A stretch of DNA of 64,000 bases from Escherichia coli (GTDB taxonomy: Bacteria > Pseudomonadota > Gammaproteobacteria > Enterobacterales > Enterobacteriaceae), in the NCBI RefSeq assembly GCF_050320075.1, contig NZ_CP190018.1, one strand, 5' to 3'. The notes beneath the pieces are model-generated. The model was not told where the DNA came from and made no database searches. It saw nothing but the letters and a program-made list of their open reading frames with translations. Positions 22,999-34,097 of the stretch are shown here, piece after piece. The position numbers were made by a program, and so were the translations under genes. Position 1 is the stretch's first letter, and each line of letters opens with the position of its first letter.

Positions 22999-23950
22999 CG
23001 GTGTCCCCTTTTTCACGGTAGATACCGGTGGTTGGCGTATCGCCTGCGTAGCCCCAGGCGCGATACATTCCTTCGGTGTTAAACGGTAGCGCGACATTGC
23101 CTTCATGGTCGATAGCGATTAAGCCACCGCTACCGCCAAGCGCAGGGAGTTTTTCCATTACTACCCGCTCGCAGGCTTCCGCGAGACTTAATCCGCCGTA
23201 ATCCATTAACGCGGCGATGTCATATGCCGCCAGCGCGCGGATGAAGACTTCGCCCGTGCCGGTACATGAAACCGCCACACTGGCGTTATTGGCGTAGCAT
23301 CCGGCACCCACTAAGGGACTATCGCCAACTCGTCCGGGTAATTTATTGGTCATTCCGCCCGTGGACGTGGCTGCCGCCAGATTGCCGTCTAAATCCAACG
23401 CCACGGCCCCCACGGTGCCCATTTTCTGTTTTTCATCCAGTGGCGCACCGCTATGGTCGAGGACTGTTGCCCCTTCCTCACGCGCTGCCATTAGTTGTTC
23501 ATAACGCAAAGGCGTGGAGAAAATCTCCGGTGAGACGCGCTCCATGCCATGAGCAAACGCAAAATTTTCTGCCCCTTCGCCAATCATCATCACATGCGGG
23601 CTTTGCTCCATCACCAGCCGGGCGGCAAGAACCGGATTACGCAGATGACTAACGCCCGCCACCGCACCGGCTTTCAGGGTGTTACCATCCATCACACAGG
23701 CGTCCAGTTCATGGGTTTCATCACGCGTAAAGACAGCGCCAATTCCGGCGTTAAACAGTGGACACTCTTCCAGCAGACGCACCGCTTCCGTCACCACATC
23801 CAGCGCACTTTCGCCCGCTTCCAGCATTTTCTGCCCGGTTTCAACAATGGCAGACAGCGCCTCGATGTAGCGTAATTCCTGTTGCAGACTCATCTGCGCG
23901 CGGCTAATTGCACCTGCGCCGCCATGAATTGCAATGACTGCTTTGCCCAT
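22985..23950 (-). CDS. iaaA: Isoaspartyl peptidase / L-asparaginase IaaA
   Basis: ORF 22985..23959; start at ATG 23948-23950 ([13 protein letters not shown]); Ntn-hydrolase sequence. Confidence 0.9.
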   Translation of the reverse strand: MGKAVIAIHGGAGAISRAQMSLQQELRYIEALSAIVETGQKMLEAGESALDVVTEAVRLLEECPLFNAGIGAVFTRDETHELDACVMDGNTLKAGAVAGVSHLRNPVLAARLVMEQSPHVMMIGEGAENFAFAHGMERVSPEIFSTPLRYEQLMAAREEGATVLDHSGAPLDEKQKMGTVGAVALDLDGNLAAATSTGGMTNKLPGRVGDSPLVGAGCYANNASVAVSCTGTGEVFIRALAAYDIAALMDYGGLSLAEACERVVMEKLPALGGSGGLIAIDHEGNVALPFNTEGMYRAWGYAGDTPTTGIYREKGDTVATQ

Positions 23951-24153
23951 AGTATTCATCCATTAAGGGTGGCTCGCCACTTTTGCTATAAATATCAGAA
24001 TTTTTATGAATTACTCATTCAATTTTTGAATATAGAAAGATGGATATGGCATGTAAAGGCAGGAGCCAGCGCTACGCCCGAGGTGGCATACAGTCTGTGG
24101 CGTTTTTCTGACATAATAGGCAAATTCGATTTTGCCTCCGCAGGAGTGTTTTC

Positions 24154-25389
24154 ATGGAATTTACCACCGGATTGATGTCGCTCGACACCGCGCTTAATGA
24201 GATGCTTTCTCGCGTCACCCCACTGACCGCCCAGGAAACGCTGCCACTGGTACAGTGTTTTGGTCGTATTCTGGCGAGCGATGTCGTTTCGCCGCTTGAT
24301 GTCCCGGGGTTTGATAACTCCGCTATGGACGGCTACGCGGTGCGTTTAGCCGATATTGCCTCCGGGCAACCACTGCCCGTTGCCGGTAAATCCTTTGCCG
24401 GTCAGCCGTACCATGGTGAATGGCCTGCGGGTACCTGCATTCGTATTATGACCGGTGCGCCGGTGCCAGAAGGCTGCGAAGCGGTGGTCATGCAGGAACA
24501 GACTGAACAAACGGACAATGGCGTGCGTTTTACTGCTGAAGTGCGTAGCGGGCAAAATATTCGCCGTCGCGGTGAAGATATCTCTGCGGATGCGGTTGTT
24601 TTCCCGGCGGGAACACGCCTGACTACCGCAGAGCTGCCAGTAATTGCTTCACTGGGGATTGCCGAAGTTCCGGTGATTCGTAAAGTGCGTGTAGCGCTGT
24701 TTTCTACCGGTGATGAACTCCAGTTGCCAGGCCAGCCGCTGGGCGACGGCCAAATCTACGATACCAACCGTCTCGCCGTACACCTGATGTTAGAACAGCT
24801 GGGATGCGAGGTAATCAACTTAGGGATTATCCGCGACGATCCCCATGCCCTGCGCGCCGCTTTTATTGAAGCCGATAGTCAGGCGGATGTGGTGATCAGT
24901 TCCGGCGGTGTTTCAGTGGGTGAAGCGGATTACACCAAAACCATTCTTGAAGAGCTGGGGGAGATCGCCTTCTGGAAGCTGGCGATTAAACCAGGTAAAC
25001 CGTTCGCGTTCGGAAAACTTTCTAATAGCTGGTTCTGCGGCCTGCCGGGCAACCCGGTTTCAGCAACGCTGACCTTCTATCAACTGGTACAGCCTTTGCT
25101 GGCAAAACTAAGCGGCAATACCGCCAGCGGCCTGCCCGCGCGCCAGCGTGTGCGCACGGCATCGCCTCTGAAGAAATCGCCAGGACGCCTTGATTTCCAG
25201 CGCGGCGTGCTGCAACGCAACGCCGATGGCGAACTGGAAGTGACGACCACCGGACATCAGGGTTCACATATATTTAGCTCCTTTAGCCTCGGCAACTGCT
25301 TTATCGTACTGGAGCGCGAGCGCGGCAATGTAGAAGCGGGCGAATGGGTGGAAGTAGAACCGTTTAACGCGTTGTTCGGAGGCCTGTAA
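24154..25389 (+). CDS. moeA: Molybdopterin molybdenumtransferase MoeA
   Basis: 411-aa ORF, matches recalled MoeA. Confidence 0.9.
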   Translation: MEFTTGLMSLDTALNEMLSRVTPLTAQETLPLVQCFGRILASDVVSPLDVPGFDNSAMDGYAVRLADIASGQPLPVAGKSFAGQPYHGEWPAGTCIRIMTGAPVPEGCEAVVMQEQTEQTDNGVRFTAEVRSGQNIRRRGEDISADAVVFPAGTRLTTAELPVIASLGIAEVPVIRKVRVALFSTGDELQLPGQPLGDGQIYDTNRLAVHLMLEQLGCEVINLGIIRDDPHALRAAFIEADSQADVVISSGGVSVGEADYTKTILEELGEIAFWKLAIKPGKPFAFGKLSNSWFCGLPGNPVSATLTFYQLVQPLLAKLSGNTASGLPARQRVRTASPLKKSPGRLDFQRGVLQRNADGELEVTTTGHQGSHIFSSFSLGNCFIVLERERGNVEAGEWVEVEPFNALFGGL

Positions 25390-26138
25390 TGGCGGAACTC
25401 AGCGATCAGGAGATGTTGCGCTACAACCGGCAAATCATTCTGCGCGGTTTTGATTTTGACGGTCAGGAGGCGCTAAAAGATTCTCGTGTGCTGATCGTCG
25501 GCCTCGGTGGACTCGGCTGCGCAGCTTCGCAGTATCTGGCAAGCGCCGGTGTCGGCAACCTGACGCTGCTCGACTTCGACACGGTTTCGCTCTCCAATCT
25601 GCAACGCCAGACGCTGCACAGTGATGCCACGGTCGGGCAACCGAAAGTGGAATCCGCCCGTGACGCCCTGACGCGGATCAACCCACATATCGCGATTACA
25701 CCCGTCAATGCACTGCTAGATGACGCAGAACTTGCAGCATTGATTGCTGAACACGATCTGGTGCTCGACTGTACGGATAACGTTGCGGTACGCAATCAAC
25801 TGAACGCAGGCTGTTTTGCCGCGAAGGTGCCGCTGGTTTCCGGCGCGGCAATTCGTATGGAAGGTCAAATCACGGTCTTCACTTATCAGGACGGCGAGCC
25901 TTGCTATCGCTGCCTTAGCCGTTTGTTTGGCGAGAACGCGTTAACCTGCGTAGAAGCAGGCGTGATGGCACCGTTGATCGGCGTAATTGGTTCGTTGCAG
26001 GCAATGGAAGCGATCAAACTGCTGGCAGGTTATGGCAAACCGGCCAGCGGGAAAATCGTCATGTACGATGCGATGACCTGCCTGTTTCGTGAAATGAAAC
26101 TGATGCGTAACCCGGGGTGTGAGGTGTGTGGGCAGTAA
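25389..26138 (+). CDS. moeB: Molybdopterin-synthase adenylyltransferase MoeB
   Basis: 249-aa ORF; ThiF/MoeB fold, GLGGLG nucleotide-binding motif and C-terminal CxxC; 1-nt overlap with moeA. Confidence 0.9.
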   Translation: MAELSDQEMLRYNRQIILRGFDFDGQEALKDSRVLIVGLGGLGCAASQYLASAGVGNLTLLDFDTVSLSNLQRQTLHSDATVGQPKVESARDALTRINPHIAITPVNALLDDAELAALIAEHDLVLDCTDNVAVRNQLNAGCFAAKVPLVSGAAIRMEGQITVFTYQDGEPCYRCLSRLFGENALTCVEAGVMAPLIGVIGSLQAMEAIKLLAGYGKPASGKIVMYDAMTCLFREMKLMRNPGCEVCGQ

Positions 26139-26148
26139 TTGCCACCTC

Positions 26149-26180
26149 AGGCCAGATAAGACGTAGCAGGCATCGGTGCA
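26149..26180. repeat. Degenerate REP-like palindromic element
   Basis: GGCCAGATAAGACG...GCATCGG resembles the REP consensus GCCTGATAAGACGCG...CGCATCAGGC; located between convergent moeB and fsaA. Confidence 0.35.
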
Positions 26181-26224
26181 CTCCGCCACGTCATCAGCAA
26201 TTTATGAGGATGCAGAACGTCCGG

Positions 26225-26887
26225 TTAAATCGACGTTCTGCCAAACGCTCCCAGCCAGTCCTGTTCAAACTTCGCCACAGCGGCATCAACCGCCGGATAG
26301 CTAATCATCTGTTGTGCCACATCCAGCGGCAGAGTAATTGATTCACACCCTGCCAGTAAGCAGTCCAGCGCCTGACGCGGGGTTTTGAAACTCGCGGCTA
26401 ACACTTTCGCCTGCGGCGCATGCATTTTCAATAACTGGTGTAAGTCGGTCACAGTCTGAATACCGCTACCGCCCTGAGCATCAATACGATTAACGTAAGG
26501 CGCAACATATTCCGCACCTGCCAGCGCCGACAGTAGCCCTTGTGCCGCGCCATATACCGCGGTTCCCAGCGTCGGAATCCCTTCCGCTTTTAACATCTTA
26601 ATAGCTGCCAGCCCCTCAGCGGTCACCGGAACTTTCACCACGATATCCGCAATAATAGAACGCAATTTACGTGCGTCATTCACCATCCCTTCAGCAGTGG
26701 TAGCCATTACCTGGGCAAACAGACGCCCCTGACCGCCCATCGCTTCATGAAGTTCCGGAAGCACAACCTCCAGCGGTTTTTTACCCGCGGCGATAATGCT
26801 TGGGTTAGTGGTCACACCCGCCAGCGGAAAAATACGTGACAGCGCCTTCACCGCAACAACGTCTGAAGTATCCAGATACAGTTCCAT
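26225..26887 (-). CDS. fsaA: Fructose-6-phosphate aldolase 1
   Basis: ORF 26225..26959; start at internal ATG (26885-26887) giving 220 aa beginning [10 protein letters not shown]. Confidence 0.9.
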   Translation of the reverse strand: MELYLDTSDVVAVKALSRIFPLAGVTTNPSIIAAGKKPLEVVLPELHEAMGGQGRLFAQVMATTAEGMVNDARKLRSIIADIVVKVPVTAEGLAAIKMLKAEGIPTLGTAVYGAAQGLLSALAGAEYVAPYVNRIDAQGGSGIQTVTDLHQLLKMHAPQAKVLAASFKTPRQALDCLLAGCESITLPLDVAQQMISYPAVDAAVAKFEQDWLGAFGRTSI

Positions 26888-27017
26888 AACCATCCTCAAA
26901 ATGTACTTTTTGTCTGAATGTAGACTATCACGGGAAAACTCTCTGAACAGTTGACGCACATCAATCTAACTTTCATTCGAAAGTATTTTAATGTTTGAAC
27001 GAAACAGAGAGGCAACT

Positions 27018-27917
27018 ATGATTTTCAATATTCAGCGCTACTCGACCCATGATGGCCCCGGTATCCGCACGGTCGTATTTCTTAAAGGCTGTTCGCTGGG
27101 CTGCCGCTGGTGTCAGAACCCGGAAAGCCGCGCCCGCACGCAGGATCTGCTGTATGACGCACGACTGTGTCTGGAAGGCTGCGAGCTGTGCGCTAAGGCC
27201 GCGCCGGAAGTGATTGAGCGCGCGCTGAATGGCTTGCTTATTCATCGGGAAAAGTTAACCCCGGAGCATCTGACAGCGTTAACCGACTGCTGCCCGACAC
27301 AGGCGTTAACCGTATGTGGTGAAGTGAAAAGCGTTGAGGAGATAATGAAGACCGTTCTGCGCGATAAACCGTTTTACGATCGCAGCGGCGGCGGCTTAAC
27401 GCTTTCTGGCGGTGAACCGTTTATGCAGCCGGAAATGGCGACGGCGCTACTGCAAGCCAGCCACGAGGCCGGCATTCATACTGCGGTAGAAACCTGTCTG
27501 CATGTGCCGTGGAAATATATCACCCCTTCTCTGCCCTATATCGATCTGTTTCTTGCCGATTTAAAACACGTTGCCGACGCACCGTTTAAACAATGGACCG
27601 ACGGTAACGCCGCCAGGGTGCTGGATAACCTGAAAAAACTCGCCGCAGCGGGCAAAAAAATCATTATCCGCGTGCCGCTGATTCAGGGCTTTAATGCCGA
27701 CGAAACCTCTGTAAAAGCCATTACCGATTTTGCTGCCGACGAGCTGCACGTTGGCGAAATTCATTTCCTGCCCTACCACACGCTGGGCATCAACAAATAT
27801 CACTTACTTAATCTGCCCTATGACGCCCCGGAAAAACCGCTTGATGCGCCAGAACTGCTCGACTTTGCCCAGCAGTATGCCTGCCAGAAAGGGTTAACCG
27901 CGACCTTACGAGGATAA
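27018..27917 (+). CDS. pflE: Glycyl-radical enzyme activating protein (PflE/YbiY)
   Basis: ORF 26991..27917; start ATG 27018 ([18 protein letters not shown]); radical-SAM motif CxxxCxxC. Confidence 0.9.
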   Translation: MIFNIQRYSTHDGPGIRTVVFLKGCSLGCRWCQNPESRARTQDLLYDARLCLEGCELCAKAAPEVIERALNGLLIHREKLTPEHLTALTDCCPTQALTVCGEVKSVEEIMKTVLRDKPFYDRSGGGLTLSGGEPFMQPEMATALLQASHEAGIHTAVETCLHVPWKYITPSLPYIDLFLADLKHVADAPFKQWTDGNAARVLDNLKKLAAAGKKIIIRVPLIQGFNADETSVKAITDFAADELHVGEIHFLPYHTLGINKYHLLNLPYDAPEKPLDAPELLDFAQQYACQKGLTATLRG

Positions 27918-27922
27918 CAACC

Positions 27923-30355
27923 ATGACCACACTGAAACTGGACACGCTCAGCGACCGCATTAAAGCGCACAAAAATGCGCTGGTGCATATTGTGAAACCG
28001 CCGGTCTGTACCGAGCGCGCGCAGCACTATACTGAGATGTATCAACAACATCTCGATAAGCCGATCCCGGTACGTCGCGCGCTGGCGCTGGCGCATCACC
28101 TGGCGAATCGCACTATCTGGATCAAGCACGATGAGTTGATCATTGGCAACCAGGCAAGCGAAGTTCGCGCCGCGCCGATCTTCCCGGAATATACTGTCTC
28201 GTGGATCGAAAAAGAGATTGATGATCTGGCAGATCGTCCCGGTGCTGGCTTTGCGGTGAGCGAAGAGAACAAACGCGTTCTGCATGAAGTGTGCCCGTGG
28301 TGGCGCGGTCAGACCGTACAGGATCGCTGCTACGGCATGTTTACCGATGAGCAAAAAGGTCTGCTGGCGACCGGCATCATTAAAGCGGAAGGCAATATGA
28401 CCTCCGGCGATGCGCACCTGGCGGTCAATTTCCCGCTGCTGCTGGAAAAAGGGCTTGATGGTCTGCGCGAGAAAGTAGCGGAACGTCGCTCGCGCATCAA
28501 CCTGACGGTGCTGGAAGATTTACACGGTGAGCAATTCCTGAAAGCGATTGATATCGTGCTGGTGGCAGTCAGTGAACACATTGAACGTTTCGCTGCCCTG
28601 GCGCGTGAAATGGCCGCGACCGAAACTCGCGAAAGCCGTCGCGATGAGCTGCTGGCGATAGCAGAAAACTGCGATCTTATCGCCCACCAACCGCCGCAGA
28701 CTTTCTGGCAGGCGCTGCAACTGTGTTACTTCATCCAGTTGATTTTGCAGATTGAATCTAACGGTCACTCCGTATCTTTTGGTCGTATGGACCAGTATCT
28801 GTACCCGTATTATCGTCGCGACGTTGAACTCAACCAGACGCTGGATCGTGAACACGCCATCGAGATGCTGCATAGCTGCTGGCTGAAATTGCTGGAAGTG
28901 AACAAGATCCGCTCCGGCTCACACTCAAAAGCCTCTGCGGGAAGTCCGCTGTATCAGAACGTCACTATTGGCGGGCAAAATCTGGTTGATGGTCAACCAA
29001 TGGACGCGGTGAATCCACTCTCTTACGCGATCCTCGAATCCTGCGGTCGCCTGCGTTCCACTCAGCCTAACCTCAGCGTGCGTTACCATGCAGGAATGAG
29101 CAACGATTTCCTCGACGCCTGCGTACAGGTGATCCGTTGCGGCTTCGGGATGCCGGCGTTCAACAACGACGAAATCGTGATCCCGGAATTTATTAAACTC
29201 GGTATTGAACCGCAGGACGCTTACGACTATGCAGCGATTGGTTGTATCGAAACCGCCGTCGGTGGCAAATGGGGCTATCGCTGTACCGGCATGAGCTTTA
29301 TCAACTTCGCCCGTGTGATGCTGGCGGCGCTGGAAGGCGGTCGTGATGCCACCAGCGGCAAAGTGTTCCTGCCACAAGAAAAAGCGTTGTCGGCAGGTAA
29401 CTTCAACAACTTCGATGAAGTGATGGACGCGTGGGATACGCAAATCCGTTACTACACCCGCAAATCAATCGAAATTGAGTATGTCGTCGACACCATGCTG
29501 GAAGAGAACGTACACGATATTCTCTGCTCGGCGCTGGTGGATGACTGTATTGAGCGAGCGAAAAGTATCAAACAAGGCGGCGCGAAATATGACTGGGTTT
29601 CTGGCCTGCAGGTTGGCATTGCCAACCTCGGCAACAGCCTGGCGGCAGTGAAGAAACTGGTATTTGAACAGGGCGCGATTGGTCAGCAACAGCTGGCTGC
29701 CGCACTGGCGGATGACTTCGATGGCCTGACTCATGAGCAACTGCGTCAGCGGCTGATTAACGGTGCGCCGAAGTACGGCAACGACGATGATACCGTCGAT
29801 ACGCTGCTGGCTCGCGCTTATCAGACCTATATCGACGAACTGAAACAGTACCATAACCCACGCTACGGTCGTGGTCCGGTTGGCGGCAACTATTACGCGG
29901 GTACGTCGTCTATCTCCGCTAACGTACCGTTTGGCGCGCAGACTATGGCAACACCGGACGGGCGTAAAGCCCACACCCCGCTGGCAGAAGGCGCAAGCCC
30001 GGCTTCCGGTACTGATCATCTTGGCCCTACTGCGGTCATTGGCTCGGTGGGTAAACTGCCTACGGCAGCGATTCTCGGCGGCGTGTTGCTCAACCAGAAA
30101 CTGAATCCAGCAACACTGGAGAACGAATCTGACAAGCAGAAACTGATGATCCTGCTGCGCACCTTCTTCGAGGTGCATAAAGGCTGGCATATTCAGTACA
30201 ACATCGTTTCCCGCGAGACGCTGCTGGAAGCGAAAAAACATCCGGATCAGTACCGCGATCTGGTAGTGCGTGTCGCGGGTTATTCCGCCTTCTTCACCGC
30301 GCTCTCTCCAGACGCTCAGGACGATATCATCGCCCGTACTGAACATATGCTGTAA
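27923..30355 (+). CDS. pflF: Pyruvate formate-lyase-like glycyl-radical enzyme (PflF/YbiW)
   Basis: 810-aa ORF; C-terminal glycyl-radical motif RVAGYSA. Confidence 0.9.
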   Translation: MTTLKLDTLSDRIKAHKNALVHIVKPPVCTERAQHYTEMYQQHLDKPIPVRRALALAHHLANRTIWIKHDELIIGNQASEVRAAPIFPEYTVSWIEKEIDDLADRPGAGFAVSEENKRVLHEVCPWWRGQTVQDRCYGMFTDEQKGLLATGIIKAEGNMTSGDAHLAVNFPLLLEKGLDGLREKVAERRSRINLTVLEDLHGEQFLKAIDIVLVAVSEHIERFAALAREMAATETRESRRDELLAIAENCDLIAHQPPQTFWQALQLCYFIQLILQIESNGHSVSFGRMDQYLYPYYRRDVELNQTLDREHAIEMLHSCWLKLLEVNKIRSGSHSKASAGSPLYQNVTIGGQNLVDGQPMDAVNPLSYAILESCGRLRSTQPNLSVRYHAGMSNDFLDACVQVIRCGFGMPAFNNDEIVIPEFIKLGIEPQDAYDYAAIGCIETAVGGKWGYRCTGMSFINFARVMLAALEGGRDATSGKVFLPQEKALSAGNFNNFDEVMDAWDTQIRYYTRKSIEIEYVVDTMLEENVHDILCSALVDDCIERAKSIKQGGAKYDWVSGLQVGIANLGNSLAAVKKLVFEQGAIGQQQLAAALADDFDGLTHEQLRQRLINGAPKYGNDDDTVDTLLARAYQTYIDELKQYHNPRYGRGPVGGNYYAGTSSISANVPFGAQTMATPDGRKAHTPLAEGASPASGTDHLGPTAVIGSVGKLPTAAILGGVLLNQKLNPATLENESDKQKLMILLRTFFEVHKGWHIQYNIVSRETLLEAKKHPDQYRDLVVRVAGYSAFFTALSPDAQDDIIARTEHML

Positions 30356-30362
30356 TCTTCTC

Positions 30363-30387
30363 AGCCCGGCGGCGTCGTCGCCGGGCT
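30363..30387 (+). terminator. Hairpin downstream of pflF
   Basis: AGCCCGGCG-GCGTCGT-CGCCGGGCT, 9-bp GC stem; weak U-tract. Confidence 0.45.
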
Positions 30388-30500
30388 AAATCATTCACAC
30401 CATCAATTTTAGCCTCGCTTTCATTCGAAATATAATTTGTGCTCTGCGTCACATTGTTATTACACTGTTACGGTTTCATTTTCGAGCCAGGAGCACACCT

Positions 30501-31316
30501 ATGAGCGTAAAAGTTATCGTCACAGACATGGACGGTACTTTTCTTAACGACGCCAAAACGTACAACCAACCACGTTTTATGGCGCAATATCAGGAACTGA
30601 AAAAGCGCGGCATTGAGTTCGTTGTCGCCAGCGGTAATCAGTATTACCAGCTTATTTCATTCTTTCCTGAGCTAAAGGATGAGATCTCTTTTGTCGCGGA
30701 AAACGGCGCACTGGTTTACGAACATGGCAAGCAACTGTTCCACGGCGAACTGACCCGACATGAATCGCGGATTGTTATTGGCGAGTTGCTAAAAGATAAG
30801 CAACTCAATTTTGTCGCCTGCGGTCTGCAAAGTGCATATGTCAGCGAAAATGCCCCCGAAGCATTCGTCGCACTGATGGCAAAACACTACCATCGCCTGA
30901 AACCTGTAAAAGATTATCAGGAGATTGACGACGTACTGTTCAAGTTTTCGCTCAACCTGCCGGATGAACAAATCCCGTTAGTGATCGACAAACTGCACGT
31001 AGCGCTCGACGGCATTATGAAGCCGGTTACCAGTGGTTTTGGCTTTATCGACCTGATTATTCCTGGCCTGCATAAAGCGAATGGTATTTCGCGGTTACTG
31101 AAACGCTGGGATCTGTCACCGCAAAATGTGGTAGCGATTGGCGACAGCGGTAACGATGCGGAGATGCTGAAAATGGCGCGTTATTCCTTTGCGATGGGCA
31201 ATGCTGCGGAAAACATTAAACAAATCGCCCGTTACGCTACCGATGATAATAATCATGAAGGCGCGCTGAATGTGATTCAGGCTGTGCTGGATAACACATC
31301 CCCTTTTAACAGCTGA
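30501..31316 (+). CDS. ybiV: HAD-family sugar phosphatase YbiV
   Basis: 271-aa ORF; DMDGTF and GDSGND motifs; paralogous to ybjI at 2658. Confidence 0.9.
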   Translation: MSVKVIVTDMDGTFLNDAKTYNQPRFMAQYQELKKRGIEFVVASGNQYYQLISFFPELKDEISFVAENGALVYEHGKQLFHGELTRHESRIVIGELLKDKQLNFVACGLQSAYVSENAPEAFVALMAKHYHRLKPVKDYQEIDDVLFKFSLNLPDEQIPLVIDKLHVALDGIMKPVTSGFGFIDLIIPGLHKANGISRLLKRWDLSPQNVVAIGDSGNDAEMLKMARYSFAMGNAAENIKQIARYATDDNNHEGALNVIQAVLDNTSPFNS

Positions 31317-31323
31317 CCTCTCT

Positions 31324-31358
31324 ACCGGAGCCATGCGCTCCGGTTTTCCCTTCTTTTT
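31324..31358 (+). terminator. Intrinsic terminator after ybiV
   Basis: ACCGGAGC-CATGC-GCTCCGGT stem followed by TTTTCCCTTCTTTTT. Confidence 0.7.
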
Positions 31359-31467
31359 ACATCCTGTACATCACATCAAATCATTAAACTTACATTAACT
31401 TATTTATAACTTATATTGTCACATGCAAATCATTATAGTTTCGAATGAAAGTTAATGCGAGGTGGTT

Positions 31468-32733
31468 ATGGCTTCTACTTTTACCAGCGACACATTGCCT
31501 GCCGATCACAAAGCAGCTATCCGTCAGATGAAGCACGCGCTGCGGGCGCAGCTTGGCGACGTCCAGCAGATCTTTAATCAGCTAAGCGATGACATTGCCA
31601 CGCGAGTGGCTGAAATCAACGCACTCAAAGCACAGGGCGATGCCGTCTGGCCGGTGCTGTCTTATGCCGATATCAAAGCAGGTCATGTTACTGCAGAGCA
31701 GCGCATACAGATTAAACGTCGCGGTTGTGCGGTGATAAAAGGCCATTTCCCCCGCGAACAAGCGCTAGGCTGGGATCAGTCGATGCTGGACTATCTGGAC
31801 CGCAACCGCTTTGACGAGGTCTACAAAGGCCCCGGCGATAATTTCTTCGGGACGCTCAGCGCTTCACGTCCCGAGATTTACCCCATCTACTGGTCGCAGG
31901 CGCAAATGCAGGCTCGCCAGAGTGAAGAAATGGCGAATGCGCAGTCGTTTCTCAATCGTCTGTGGACATTTGAAAGTGATGGAAAGCAATGGTTTAACCC
32001 GGATGTGAGCGTCATCTACCCTGACCGTATCCGCCGCCGTCCGCCCGGAACGACCTCCAAAGGTCTTGGAGCGCATACCGACTCCGGGGCACTGGAACGC
32101 TGGCTGCTTCCAGCGTATCAGCGCGTTTTCGCCAACGTCTTTAATGGCAATCTGGCGCAATATGATCCCTGGCATGCGGCACATCGTACGGAAGTTGAAG
32201 AGTACACGGTGGACAACACCACCAAATGTTCCGTGTTTCGGACATTCCAGGGCTGGACAGCGCTCTCTGATATGCTGCCTGGTCAGGGGCTGCTGCACGT
32301 CGTGCCCATTCCTGAAGCCATGGCGTACGTACTGTTACGTCCGCTGCTTGATGATGTGCCGGAGGATGAACTGTGCGGCGTAGCGCCCGGAAGAGTATTG
32401 CCGGTATCAGAGCAATGGCATCCACTGTTGATTGAGGCGTTAACCAGCATTCCAAAACTCGAAGCCGGAGACTCCGTCTGGTGGCACTGCGACGTCATCC
32501 ATTCCGTTGCCCCCGTTGAAAATCAACAGGGCTGGGGCAACGTGATGTACATTCCTGCGGCACCGATGTGCGAGAAAAATCTTGCCTACGCGCACAAGGT
32601 GAAGGCCGCACTGGAAAAAGGCGCATCGCCGGGCGACTTCCCGCGCGAGGACTATGAAACAAACTGGGAAGGACGCTTTACGCTTGCCGACCTCAACATT
32701 CACGGTAAGCGAGCGTTGGGAATCGACAGCTGA
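31468..32733 (+). CDS. ybiU: DUF1479-family protein YbiU
   Basis: ORF 31462..32733; ATG 31468 (MASTFTSDTLPADHK); 421 aa. Confidence 0.85.
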   Translation: MASTFTSDTLPADHKAAIRQMKHALRAQLGDVQQIFNQLSDDIATRVAEINALKAQGDAVWPVLSYADIKAGHVTAEQRIQIKRRGCAVIKGHFPREQALGWDQSMLDYLDRNRFDEVYKGPGDNFFGTLSASRPEIYPIYWSQAQMQARQSEEMANAQSFLNRLWTFESDGKQWFNPDVSVIYPDRIRRRPPGTTSKGLGAHTDSGALERWLLPAYQRVFANVFNGNLAQYDPWHAAHRTEVEEYTVDNTTKCSVFRTFQGWTALSDMLPGQGLLHVVPIPEAMAYVLLRPLLDDVPEDELCGVAPGRVLPVSEQWHPLLIEALTSIPKLEAGDSVWWHCDVIHSVAPVENQQGWGNVMYIPAAPMCEKNLAYAHKVKAALEKGASPGDFPREDYETNWEGRFTLADLNIHGKRALGIDS

Positions 32734-33803
32734 GTGTCGTACAGCCCTTCCCGTTCCACGGCGGTGTTCCCTTTTCCTGGGCGAACCCGCCGCACTGACT
32801 CCCGCACCGCCAATCGTCCGTGCAGCAGCAGCGAGCCCACCGGAGCATCCGGGCGAATCAGCCGCTGTTGCAACATTTGCACCGCTTCATTGCCTAGCTC
32901 ATCGCGTGGCACATGCACAGCCGTCAGGGGAACATCCTCGATTGCCGCAAGGTTAAAGCCGTCGATACTCATCACCGAGACATCCTGTGGTACGCGCAGA
33001 CCACGACGATGTAGCGCATTTACCGTTCCCGCCGCCATAAAATCCCCGCCGACCAGAAACGCCGTCGGCAACGTCTTGCCATTGGCGGCATCCAGCCACG
33101 CTCCGACCTTTTCTTCCGCTTCTTTAGCGCTAAAACTGCTGATATTCAGCAAATGACGGTCATGGTGAAAGGCCAGATTATGCTGACGCCATGATTCTTT
33201 AATCCCTGCAAACCGCTGCTCCATAGTGTAGCGGCGCAGGCACATCACATTCATCACCTCCCGGTGACCCATTTCAAACAGATAGCGGGCGGCGAACGCG
33301 CCAATTAACCGATGGTCCGGCGCAATCGCCGGGAGGCGCATTCGTTCATCACGGCAGTTGATCAGCACACAAGGCTTAGCGAGATCGGCGGCCAGATCAT
33401 GGATGTGCGGATCGTCAATCCCCAGCAGGATCGCCGCCTGCGTATCTGCTTCATTCATTCGCGAGAGAAATAGCGCGGGATCGCTGTCAAACTCCTCCAG
33501 CGCGCAGTAACGCAGCCGCACTTCATGCGGCGATAACGCTTTGCTGATGCTCTGGATCACACGGTAATAAAAGATATCAGATCGTTGGTCAAAAGCGCGT
33601 TGCGGCGCGAAAATAATCAGGTTGTTCAGCAACATACGACCTGCTGCCATGCCATCCATCACGCCCAACTCACGCGCGCAGGCCAGCACCTGTTCGCGAG
33701 CGCGTGCACTGGTATTCGCTTTGCCAGCCAGCACCCGCGAAACCGTACTCGGCGATAGCCCGGTACGTGCGGCGATATCGGCGATTTTCAGCTTCTTGTC
33801 CAT
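32700..33803 (-). CDS. LacI/GalR-family transcriptional regulator (accessory island)
   Basis: ORF 32700..33881; start set at ATG 33801-33803 (MDKKLKIADIAARTGLSPSTVSRVLAG, N-terminal HTH); periplasmic-binding-like effector domain; last ~11 codons are antisense to the ybiU 3' end; not present between ybiU and ybiT in K-12. Confidence 0.8.
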   Translation of the reverse strand: MDKKLKIADIAARTGLSPSTVSRVLAGKANTSARAREQVLACARELGVMDGMAAGRMLLNNLIIFAPQRAFDQRSDIFYYRVIQSISKALSPHEVRLRYCALEEFDSDPALFLSRMNEADTQAAILLGIDDPHIHDLAADLAKPCVLINCRDERMRLPAIAPDHRLIGAFAARYLFEMGHREVMNVMCLRRYTMEQRFAGIKESWRQHNLAFHHDRHLLNISSFSAKEAEEKVGAWLDAANGKTLPTAFLVGGDFMAAGTVNALHRRGLRVPQDVSVMSIDGFNLAAIEDVPLTAVHVPRDELGNEAVQMLQQRLIRPDAPVGSLLLHGRLAVRESVRRVRPGKGNTAVEREGLYDTQLSIPNARLP

Positions 33804-34097
33804 TTTGTGATCTGCCTCTAATTCGGAAATGACAGAATTTTCATGAGCAAAAAAGCCCATTCTGTCTGGCATTAAATCCATTTCAGTAATGTATATCAGT
33901 CACTCATGGAAAAACGTGCACAAAACCCGCTTTCTTTCGCTTTTAGGGTCTCTTACTGTGAATTGGTAGAACAACTTCCATACAAAAATAATGGAAAAAC
34001 GAACAATAAAGACTTTATTTATCAAAAAGTTAAAAGTGGTGTGACAACTCCATTCTGACGTTGCCACACAAACCCTATACCATTCTGTGGAGTGCAT

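Noticed and set aside
23266-23875. Plus-strand ORFs (128 and 108 aa) within iaaA
   Set aside because: Antisense to iaaA, Arg/Pro/His-rich composition, no SD; spurious.
19569-27917. N-terminally extended ORF versions from the track (gsiB 601 aa, fsaA 244 aa, pflE 308 aa, and similarly rlmF, dps, mcbA, bssR, mdfA, dacC)
   Set aside because: Internal ATG starts preceded by SD-like sequences give proteins matching the known lengths and N-termini; the extensions run through promoter regions.
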